Assembly: GCA_964510165.1 (NCBI GenBank)
Contig: CAZEBC010000123.1
Coordinates: 1 to 12,477, forward strand
Reading direction: 5' to 3'
Source of the DNA: an uncultured bacterium
GTDB taxonomy: Bacteria > Abyssobacteria > SURF-5
DNA length: 12,477 bases
The notes beneath the pieces were generated by a model. The model had not been told where the DNA came from. It saw only the letters and a list, made by a program, of their open reading frames with translations, and did no database searches. A program made the position numbers and the translations under genes. The stretch's first letter is position 1, and the number at the start of each line of letters is the position of its first letter. This document shows, piece after piece, positions 1-7,083 of the stretch.

Positions 1-353
1 CTGCGCGTGAGCACATGCCGGAACACGAGCGAGGCCCCGAAAGGCAATCCCATTTCCCGGGCAAGACGCTCGCGGGCCGCGAGCAAAATCTCCACGAATT
101 GAACGCCCGAAGGGCAGACCTCCCGGCAGCGCTGACACATCAGACAGGCCGACATGATGGTGTGAAGCTCGGGCGAGGCCGAAATGCGGCCCTGGCTCAG
201 CGCCTCGAACAGCGCTACCCTGCCCCGCGCGACAAATGCCTCATCCCTAAGTTCCGCGAACACCGGACACACTGACCGGCATTTGCCGCAGTGCGCGCAT
301 TTCTCCAGTTCCTCGGCGGCCCTGCGCGAGATATCATTTTCGGACGAACTCAT
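1..353 (-). CDS. GlcF-like (Fe-S)-binding oxidoreductase subunit, N-terminal part (continues beyond left edge)
   Basis: Not in the ORF track. Hand translation from ATG at 353 gives MSSSENDISRRAAEELEKCAHCGKCRSVCPVFAELRDEAFVARGRVALF...SACLMCQRCREVCPSGV, with two CxxCxxCxxxCP motifs and the ARGR motif. Open to position 1. Overlaps the glcD-like stop by 20 nt. Confidence 0.9.
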   Translation of the reverse strand, partial: MSSSENDISRRAAEELEKCAHCGKCRSVCPVFAELRDEAFVARGRVALFEALSQGRISASPELHTIMSACLMCQRCREVCPSGVQFVEILLAARERLAREMGLPFGASLVFRHVLTR

Positions 354-1728
354 CGGCGAACTTTCCGGGGTTCAAAATGCCGTTGGGGTCGAAGGCTTTC
401 TTTATGCGGGCCATTGCGGCCATTTCCTTTGCTCCCACCTCGATGCTGAGGAACCGCGCCTTCGTAAGCCCGATGCCGTGCTCGGCCGAGAGGGTTCCGC
501 CCATGGAGACAGCGGCCTTGAATACCTCGCCGACCGCCCGCTCGGCCTTCTCAAGCAGTTCAGGGTCTTCCCGCTCGAGCATCACGTTGAAGTGAAGGCT
601 GCCGTCGCCGATGTGGCCGAAATTGACTATCAGCAGCGAATACCGCTCACCGACTTCCCTGGTCTTCTTCAGCATCTCCGCCAGTCGTGTGCGCGGAACG
701 CAGATGTCCTCGTTCAGCTTGATCCGGCCCAATTGATAGAGTGCGGGCGAAATCGCGCGCCGAAGCGACCAGAAGCCTTCCCGCTCGTCGCGTGACTGCG
801 CCCTCATGGCCTCCGTTGCCCCGTGTTCCCGGCAGATGCGCACGACGTCTCCAGCCTCCGCCAGCGTCACGACGCGAGGCCCATCCACCTCAAACAAACA
901 GGCCACGCCCGCGCGCGGAAGCAGGGCCGAATTCTGGTAACGCCTCAGCGCCTCGACGGTCGGCTCATCCATCAGTTCCGCGGCCCGTGGAACGATGCCC
1001 CTCCTGAACATCGAGCATACGGCTGCGGCCGCGTGGTCGGCCTCAGGAAAATTTGCGAAAATCGTCTCGACGCTCTCCGGCAACGGAATCAGCCTGAGCA
1101 ATATCTCGGTGAACACGCAGAGAGTGCCCTCCGACCCGACGAACAGCCGAACGAAGTCGTAACCGGTCACGCTCTTGGGCGCTCCCGTTCCCACGCGAAG
1201 AATCTCTCCGTCCGCAAGCACCACCTCGAGCGCCATCACGTATTCGCGCGTCGAGCCGTACTTCGTCCCGCGCAATCCGCCCGAATTCTCGGCCACGTTG
1301 CCGCCGATGGTGCAGAAGTCGCTGCTGGCAGGATCGGGCGGATAAAACAGGCCGAGCTTCTCCACCCGTTTCTGAAGGTCCGCCGTGATGACCCCCGGCT
1401 GAACGAGCGCGGTCATGTTGTCCGCGTCAATGTCGAGGATGGCATTCATAAGCTCAAAGTCGAGCACGATGCCTCCCTTGACCGGCGCGGCGCCGCCCGT
1501 CAGGTTTGAGCCGGCGCCTCTCGGATACACCGGTATCCGTTCTGCGTTCGCGAGCTTCAGGATATCTGAGACCTGCTCGGTCGTCGTTGGGCGCGCAATC
1601 AGGTCGGGCAGTTCACCCTTCACCATCGAGGCGTCGGACGAGTACGCGATCCTTTTCTCGACCGACTCGAAGAGGTTCTCGCCAAGGAGTTGGCGCAGTT
1701 TCAGGAGTGTCTGAGGATCAACGCTCAT
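334..1728 (-). CDS. FAD-linked oxidase, GlcD/D-lactate dehydrogenase family (464 aa)
   Basis: Motifs PRGAGSNLTGGA, YPPDPAS, TIGGNVAENSGG, KYG, GSEGTL, GHIGDGSLH, SAEHGIG and DPNGILNPGK. True start taken as MSVDPQ (ATG 1728); the extra N-terminus of the 611-aa ORF overlaps DUF1848. Confidence 0.93.
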   Translation of the reverse strand: MSVDPQTLLKLRQLLGENLFESVEKRIAYSSDASMVKGELPDLIARPTTTEQVSDILKLANAERIPVYPRGAGSNLTGGAAPVKGGIVLDFELMNAILDIDADNMTALVQPGVITADLQKRVEKLGLFYPPDPASSDFCTIGGNVAENSGGLRGTKYGSTREYVMALEVVLADGEILRVGTGAPKSVTGYDFVRLFVGSEGTLCVFTEILLRLIPLPESVETIFANFPEADHAAAAVCSMFRRGIVPRAAELMDEPTVEALRRYQNSALLPRAGVACLFEVDGPRVVTLAEAGDVVRICREHGATEAMRAQSRDEREGFWSLRRAISPALYQLGRIKLNEDICVPRTRLAEMLKKTREVGERYSLLIVNFGHIGDGSLHFNVMLEREDPELLEKAERAVGEVFKAAVSMGGTLSAEHGIGLTKARFLSIEVGAKEMAAMARIKKAFDPNGILNPGKFADEFVRK

Positions 1729-2518
1729 GCGCGTGGGCCGCCGCCTGGGCGGGGTTGGCATAACAGTAGATGCACCCGTGCGGACACGGATTGTACCAGC
1801 CGATATCGAAACTCTCGGTGCACCCGCACGCCGCTCGCTGGCCTTTGGCTTTCTTCGTCGAACACGGCGCTTTTTCAGGGTGCAGGCGCGACAGAAGCTC
1901 GCCGTCAATACAGCGCGAGACCGGCATGCCGGGCACGCAGCAGCCATGCAGCCTGACCGAATGCTCCGCCGCAACGGTCTCCATCCATTCCAGCTCGCTC
2001 TTCTGTTCCTCTTCTGAAAGCGGGATTTCCGAAAACCCGTTTTTTTGAAGGCGTGCGAGCACCTTCTTGTATCTCGACATCCAGCTTGTCGATACATCGC
2101 GTATCCCGTGCCGGTGAGCGTTCTCGGCCACTTCTTCGAATAATTCGAGGTTACGGAGCGGCGCCCCATTGGGCAGCCTCACGTGCACGATAGGGTCGAA
2201 CCGTATCCTGACACGCTCCGGGTGGCCGATGTACTCGATCAGTGACCCAAGCAGGCCCAACATCTCACGCGCTGGCGGAACATTCGGTTCCAGCGGCCCG
2301 CCGCCCATGCCCGTAATGGTGAAGTGGATATACAGCGGATACCTCGAGCACGTGCGCCGCATTCCCTCGTGTTCGAGCAGGTTGGTCGGATTCTTCGTCC
2401 AGAGCACGAGCGTGTGGGTTTGTTCCGGCGGACACTTATCATTGAGCAGCCCAACGAGGTCGTCGGGAAAACACGCGACCATATCGATTCGTCTGCTCGC
2501 CGAGATAACTCGTTTCAT
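1718..2518 (-). CDS. DUF1848 family protein (radical-SAM-like, C-terminal CxxxCxxC)
   Basis: N-terminal ISASRRxD, WTKNP, FTITG, RFDPI and C-terminal CGCxxSxDIGxYNxCxHGCxYCYAN are characteristic of DUF1848. ATGA overlap with the upstream gene. Confidence 0.88.
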   Translation of the reverse strand: MKRVISASRRIDMVACFPDDLVGLLNDKCPPEQTHTLVLWTKNPTNLLEHEGMRRTCSRYPLYIHFTITGMGGGPLEPNVPPAREMLGLLGSLIEYIGHPERVRIRFDPIVHVRLPNGAPLRNLELFEEVAENAHRHGIRDVSTSWMSRYKKVLARLQKNGFSEIPLSEEEQKSELEWMETVAAEHSVRLHGCCVPGMPVSRCIDGELLSRLHPEKAPCSTKKAKGQRAACGCTESFDIGWYNPCPHGCIYCYANPAQAAAHAHER

Positions 2519-3063
2519 GGTCCGATAGGCAAGCTCTTCTTAAGGACATCCAGCGTCTGTTCCGGTGTTGAGACCGTTCGGAACAGCCGCACGTCCTTTT
2601 CCCGAATTACCATGTTCGCCCGGAGCGTCCTGATTACTTCCGGCCAATGGTCTCCGAGCAGGATGAAGGGTCGCGGGCCAAGCGCCCGCGTCTGCGTCAG
2701 GTTCCAGATGATGGAGAATTCCGCCAGAGTCCCGACGCCTCCCTTGAGCGCTACGAACGCCTCAGCCAGACTCACGAAGTTCGACAGCCGCTCGAACAAC
2801 GTAGTGTTCTTTATCTGCCGCGTAATGAATGGGTTGGCGTCTCCGTCCTCGAACACGGTCGTTGTAAGCCCGATGGTGAACCCTCCCATCTCCGAGGCGC
2901 CGCGCGCGCTGGCTTCCATTACGCCGCCATAGCCGCCGTTGCAGAGGACAAATCCCTCACGCGCGAGCAGTCGCCCGAGCAACCGCGCCTGCCGGTATAG
3001 CTCGTCACTCTCGACGGCCTGGGAACTGCCGAAGACTGCTACGACTGGTTTTTCGTTCCACAC
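2515..3063 (-). CDS. LOG-family (SLOG) nucleotide-binding protein / putative nucleotide phosphoribohydrolase
   Basis: VAVFGSS, NGGYGGVMEA, ERL and KGGVGTLAE (PGGxGTxxE variant). GTG start 1 nt after the ddl stop. Confidence 0.88.
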   Translation of the reverse strand: MWNEKPVVAVFGSSQAVESDELYRQARLLGRLLAREGFVLCNGGYGGVMEASARGASEMGGFTIGLTTTVFEDGDANPFITRQIKNTTLFERLSNFVSLAEAFVALKGGVGTLAEFSIIWNLTQTRALGPRPFILLGDHWPEVIRTLRANMVIREKDVRLFRTVSTPEQTLDVLKKSLPIGP

Positions 3064-3064
3064 G

Positions 3065-4192
3065 TCAACGATCCGTGCATATCTTTCTGGCGCGATGCGT
3101 CTCGAACGCCACCTCGATGAGATGGTCGAGCAACTGGGAGAAACTCATGCCCATCGCGCGTGCAGCCTTGGGAAATAATGACATTTCGGTGAGGCCCGGA
3201 ATAGTGTTCGTCTCGAGCACATACAGCGAATCATCGTTCAAAATCATGTCGGTCCGCGACAGGCCGCCGCAGCCGAGCGCCTGATGAACCTTCACCCCCA
3301 GCCGCTGCGCCTTCTTCGTCAATTTTTCGTCAATACGGGCGGGCGTAATCTCCTCCGAGCCGCCCGGCATGTACTTGGCCTCGTAATCGAAATACTTGGA
3401 CGTCTTCGGCACTATCTCCACCAGCGGGAGCGCGATCGGCTTCTTGCCCGGTTTGTTGCCAAGCACCGGGCTGGTCAGTTCCCGCCCCGGAATGAATTCT
3501 TCAACGAGGACGAATGTGTCATACCGAAGCGCAAGCTCTATCCCTTGCTTCAGCGCTTCCGCATCCTCGGCGATTTTCATCCCTACGCTCGACCCCAGGC
3601 GCGGCGGCTTGGTGACACACGGGAGACCAAGCTTTCTTTCAATCCGCTCGAGTACGGCATCGGATCGTCTCCGCCACTTCGATTCCTCAACGACCACGTG
3701 CCGTGGTGTCGGAATCCGATGTTGCGAGAATATCTCCTTGCAGCGGATTTTGTTCATCGAAATCGCGCTCGCCTCCACATTGGAGCCGGTGTACGGCAGG
3801 TCCAGCAGCTCCAGCAGTCCCTGGATAGTGCCGTCCTCGCCGTACGGACCGTGCATCGCAAGAAACACGACGTCGACTTGCTCCGAGGCGGTCTGCGTGA
3901 GCGCGCTGCCGGTCTCGATCGGGACAAGGTCCCTCTGCGCAGACTCGTCCCCGGACCCCGACAGGAGTTCCCTGACCTGCCTCCCATCCGTGAGATAGCC
4001 CCGAGGCACGAGCCACAAGCCTTCACGGGTAATCGTAATCGGTTTGACGTTGTACTTGCGAAGGTCGAGATTCTGAACGACCATCCTGCCCGACGCGACC
4101 GATATCTCATGCTCCGCCGTGCGTCCGCCCATCAGCACCGCCACGTTCAGTTTCCCTGGTGAACCGCCGCGACCTCCTGCTTCTGTAATCAT
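3065..4192 (-). CDS. ddl: D-alanine--D-alanine ligase (ATP-grasp)
   Basis: GGxxAEHEIS, HGPYGEDG, LPYTGS, KPxxxGSSVG, EEFIPGRE, FDYEAKY and ETNTIPG motifs. ATG 4192 preceded by GGGGAAGG; in-frame TTG 4207 is an alternative start. Confidence 0.93.
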   Translation of the reverse strand: MITEAGGRGGSPGKLNVAVLMGGRTAEHEISVASGRMVVQNLDLRKYNVKPITITREGLWLVPRGYLTDGRQVRELLSGSGDESAQRDLVPIETGSALTQTASEQVDVVFLAMHGPYGEDGTIQGLLELLDLPYTGSNVEASAISMNKIRCKEIFSQHRIPTPRHVVVEESKWRRRSDAVLERIERKLGLPCVTKPPRLGSSVGMKIAEDAEALKQGIELALRYDTFVLVEEFIPGRELTSPVLGNKPGKKPIALPLVEIVPKTSKYFDYEAKYMPGGSEEITPARIDEKLTKKAQRLGVKVHQALGCGGLSRTDMILNDDSLYVLETNTIPGLTEMSLFPKAARAMGMSFSQLLDHLIEVAFETHRARKICTDR

Positions 4193-4231
4193 GCCGCCTT
4201 CCCCCAAACCCTCCGCGTCCTGACGCCTCCT

Positions 4232-4257
4232 GTAGGGGCGGCCACATGGGGCCGCCC
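4232..4257 (+). repeat. GTAG-type REP-like palindrome
   Basis: GTAG followed by an 8-bp perfect stem: GGGCGGCC-ACATGG-GGCCGCCC, in the dapF-ddl spacer. Matches GTAG-family REP architecture. Single copy in this window. Confidence 0.6.
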
Positions 4258-4262
4258 GAATT

Positions 4263-5102
4263 TCATCCCCTTCTTTCCGGCCATTCGCCGGTGAAGACTT
4301 CCGTAGCCGGACCCGTCATCGTGATGCTGCCGCCCTCGGGCCACGAAATCCTCAATTGCCCCAGGCGCACGTGCACCGTCACATCCCTGTCCGTGAACCC
4401 GTTAATGATGGAAGCCACTGCCGAGGCCGAGGACCCGCTTCCCGATGCAAGCGTCTCGCCGCAGCCGCGCTCCCAGATTCTCATGCGAATGTTCTTCCTG
4501 TCTATGACCTGAACGAACTCGACATTGGTCTTCTGCGGGAATGCCGGGTGACGCTCCAGTTTCGGACCAACCTCGCACAGGGGCGCTCGCTCGACATCGT
4601 CCACGAATATGACCGCATGCGGATTGGTCGTGGAAAGCGCCGTGATTCGATAGCGCCTCCCATCCACCTCGATAGGCTCGTTCACGACCATGCCGTCATC
4701 GCCCAGCATCGGAATCTCGGACCGCATGAATTTCGGTTTCCCCATATCCACCGACACACTGACGACGCGCCCGTTCTCGACAGTAAGTAGTTGCCGATTC
4801 AATCCCCCCAGAGTCTCAACCACGAAATCCGTGCTCCTGGTGAGTCCGTGTTCATACACATACTTCGAGAGGCAGCGGATTCCGTTGCCGCACATCTCGG
4901 CCAGACTGCCGTCGGAATTGATATAGTGCATCCTGAACGCGGCCATCTTGGACGGCATGATGACAATAAGGCCGTCCGCCCCGACGCCGGTGCGCCGGTT
5001 GCATATCTCCACCGTCAGCCTCTCTGCGTCCGTCACGGCCTCCTCGAAACCGTTAACGACAACAAAATCGTTGCCAAGCCCGTGCATCTTCGTGAATTTC
5101 AT
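4263..5102 (-). CDS. dapF: Diaminopimelate epimerase family protein (second catalytic Cys replaced by Ser)
   Basis: KMHGLGNDF, GVGADG, NSDGSLAEMCGNG, NPH, NVEF and WERG motifs. ETLASGSG replaces canonical ETLACGTG. Confidence 0.88.
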   Translation of the reverse strand: MKFTKMHGLGNDFVVVNGFEEAVTDAERLTVEICNRRTGVGADGLIVIMPSKMAAFRMHYINSDGSLAEMCGNGIRCLSKYVYEHGLTRSTDFVVETLGGLNRQLLTVENGRVVSVSVDMGKPKFMRSEIPMLGDDGMVVNEPIEVDGRRYRITALSTTNPHAVIFVDDVERAPLCEVGPKLERHPAFPQKTNVEFVQVIDRKNIRMRIWERGCGETLASGSGSSASAVASIINGFTDRDVTVHVRLGQLRISWPEGGSITMTGPATEVFTGEWPERRG

Positions 5103-5806
5103 TCGTCGCTCCTCGCGTCCAGCGGCGCGATGCGGAGCAGTTCGCGCAGGTCGCGTATCTCGTGTTCAGGCCGCGGAATGCCGTTATACAGCGCCTCACG
5201 CTTGCGATTTATCCACACCATCTCGATGCCCGCGTTCCTCGCGCCCAGAATGTCCGTGTACTGCCCGTCGCCCACGTACAGCATCTCGCCATTTGCGCAG
5301 CCTGCCGCCTTCGCCGCCGCGTGGAAGATCTCCGGAGCCGGCTTCTCATAGCCCACTTCCCGCGCAAAAACGGAATAGGTGAAGAACTGGGCGATGGAGA
5401 GCTTCTGAAACTTGCTCGAGCCGTTGGAGATAAGCCCCAGCCTGTAAACAGAAGCCAGCTTGGGGATCACTTCCGCCGCGTCCTCGAAGACCTTCAGCAT
5501 AGTGCTGCGAAAAAGCCCGTATATCTCGCCCATCCGGCCCGCAAGCTCGATGTCGAACACATCCAGCGATTCGAGCACAGACCGCATGCACTCGCGGTAC
5601 CACATCGGAAGCGGAAGGCCGGTGTCGCCGTACTGGATGTATGTCGCGCTGCGGGCGCGCTTGAACACATCAACGTTGAGAAGTTCCGCCAGGTGCGGGT
5701 AGCTCTCAAGCGCATGCTCACGCGCTTTCCCGAAGGCGTGGCACGCGTCGAAATCGTAATCGACAAGCGTGTCATCGAGGTCGAAATAGATCACCCTGCG
5801 CATCAT
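5099..5806 (-). CDS. HAD-superfamily hydrolase (YjjG-like, subfamily IA)
   Basis: Motif I FDLDDTL, II SNG, III EKP, IV VGDxxxxD. ATG 5806 overlaps the methyltransferase TGA (ATGA), with GGAGG upstream. Confidence 0.9.
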   Translation of the reverse strand: MMRRVIYFDLDDTLVDYDFDACHAFGKAREHALESYPHLAELLNVDVFKRARSATYIQYGDTGLPLPMWYRECMRSVLESLDVFDIELAGRMGEIYGLFRSTMLKVFEDAAEVIPKLASVYRLGLISNGSSKFQKLSIAQFFTYSVFAREVGYEKPAPEIFHAAAKAAGCANGEMLYVGDGQYTDILGARNAGIEMVWINRKREALYNGIPRPEHEIRDLRELLRIAPLDARSDE

Positions 5807-6567
5807 GTTGAAGTTTCCCTCCTGCGAGCCACCACCAGAAGTTTCCTCTCCGATTCCGCAAACGGGCGGCAGTCGTACCATCCGTATTTCTCCGCCGCTT
5901 CAAACCCCCGGCTCTCCAGCAGGCTCAAAAGCTCAGGCGGCGTGAGCAGAAGCACGCCCTCGGTGCGCTCCGCGCACAGCGCGCGAGATGAATCTGAATA
6001 CGTGTACGTTATCGACAGCGTCCTCCCCCCCAAACTTCCCTCGTCCGACACTCGAACCCTGTGACTTCTCGAGTCGATATCCGCAACCTCTCCTTCCGGA
6101 TATTCGCACAGCGCCGCCCGGCTCGCCTCGTCGAGTGCGGCCACATCGACCATAAAGCCCGAATCCGCGCCCATGTGAGCGCCGACGCACTCGAGGGCCT
6201 GGCGGATGGCCCCTTCGGATGAAAGCAAGAGCAACGTATTCGATGAACAAATGACAAGCCGAAACTTCTTCCTGAACGCGAAGCGCCTCATGTCGGCACA
6301 GGCCGTTTTGATCCTGTCGCGCACCGGCGGCGCTTCCGCGCGCAGTCTCTCGCGGAATCTCTTGAGAGCGTCGGCGGACACATCGATCCCTACGACTTCA
6401 ATCCCCGCCCGGCCCAGCGGAATGGCCAGCCTGCCCGCTCCGCAGCCAAGCTCCAGTACCGGCCCGCCAAAACGAAGCGCCATCTCCGTGAAAAAGTCAA
6501 CGTCTTCCGCCTGCTCATGCAGTTCCAGATCAAGCTCTTCCATTTTGTTTCGATGGCGCTCGCTCAT
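5803..6567 (-). CDS. Class I SAM-dependent methyltransferase
   Basis: VLELGCGAGR, GIDVS and ADMR motifs. Start taken as MSERH (6567); MEELD (6543) is an alternative. The ORF-track start at 6609 lies inside the palindrome. Confidence 0.88.
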   Translation of the reverse strand: MSERHRNKMEELDLELHEQAEDVDFFTEMALRFGGPVLELGCGAGRLAIPLGRAGIEVVGIDVSADALKRFRERLRAEAPPVRDRIKTACADMRRFAFRKKFRLVICSSNTLLLLSSEGAIRQALECVGAHMGADSGFMVDVAALDEASRAALCEYPEGEVADIDSRSHRVRVSDEGSLGGRTLSITYTYSDSSRALCAERTEGVLLLTPPELLSLLESRGFEAAEKYGWYDCRPFAESERKLLVVARRRETST

Positions 6568-6581
6568 CCCAGCGCTTCTCG

Positions 6582-6628
6582 CCGTTAAATTCGGGACACC
6601 ATGCGGCATGGTGTCCCCAATTTAACGG
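6582..6628. repeat. Intergenic palindrome, copy 1
   Basis: CCGTTAAATTCGGGACACCATGC-G-GCATGGTGTCCCCAATTTAACGG: 23-bp arms with one mismatch, between the arsR stop and methyltransferase start. Confidence 0.92.
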
Positions 6629-6634
6629 TATCGC

Positions 6635-7012
6635 TCATTGCGACTTTTTCCGCTTTTTGGGAGGACTCCCAACCTTGCGCCTCCGTTTCCTCAGCTTTCG
6701 AACCGGCTCTTCTGCCGGAAGCTCGATCTCTCCTCCAATGGCCGTCAAGGATTCCTTCACCGCGCTCGCCAGTTCCGAATCGCTTATGCTGTAGTAAACG
6801 AACTTCCCCGACCGACGCTCCGACAGCAGATTCGCCAGCTTGAGCCGGTCCAGATGATGGCATGTGGTGGCCGGCGTCAGGTCGAGCCTGGCGGCGAGTT
6901 CGCGCCCGCACATCGCTCCTTCGCGCAGCAATTGCAATATCCGCAGTCGCGCAGGCTCGGCCAGTGCTCCGAACAGGCGCGCCGCCTGCATCAATCCGGA
7001 CTCTTTCTCCAT
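6635..7012 (-). CDS. ArsR/SmtB family transcriptional regulator
   Basis: FGALAEPARLRIL, HHLxxLxxANL and RRSGKFVYY wHTH pattern. SD GGAGAGG. Basic C-terminal tail. Confidence 0.92.
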   Translation of the reverse strand: MEKESGLMQAARLFGALAEPARLRILQLLREGAMCGRELAARLDLTPATTCHHLDRLKLANLLSERRSGKFVYYSISDSELASAVKESLTAIGGEIELPAEEPVRKLRKRRRKVGSPPKKRKKSQ

Positions 7013-7036
7013 GAGCGCCTCTCCGAGTTTCGAAAC

Positions 7037-7056
7037 AATTAGATTTATATCAAATT
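7037..7056. promoter_or_regulatory. Putative ArsR operator (imperfect inverted repeat)
   Basis: AATTAGAT-TTAT-ATCAAATT (8-4-8, one mismatch), AT-rich, overlapping the -10/TSS region upstream of arsR. Adjacent perfect palindrome GTTTCGAAAC at 7027-7036. Confidence 0.55.
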
Positions 7057-7083
7057 ATAACATCCCTCCAAGTCCCGCGTCAA
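7054..7083 (-). promoter_or_regulatory. sigma70-type promoter for arsR operon
   Basis: TTGACG (7083-7078), 18 nt, TATAAT (7059-7054) with extended -10 TGn. Embedded in the last codons of the MFS gene. Confidence 0.7.

Noticed and set aside
1729..2169. 147-aa N-terminal extension of the 611-aa GlcD ORF
   Set aside because: Arg-rich, non-protein-like sequence lying in another frame of DUF1848. GlcD homology begins at MSVDPQ (1728).
3065..4192. Ddl as a D-Ala-D-Lac (vancomycin-resistance) ligase fed by the GlcDF-like dehydrogenase
   Set aside because: The omega loop reads FDYEAKY, retaining the Tyr equivalent to E. coli DdlB Y216 typical of D-Ala-D-Ala ligases. No vanH/vanX-like genes are present.
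3284..6064. Long plus-strand ORFs (3284-4162, 3396-3998, 5162-6064 and similar)
   Set aside because: Antisense shadows of well-supported genes, expected in GC-rich DNA. No motifs.
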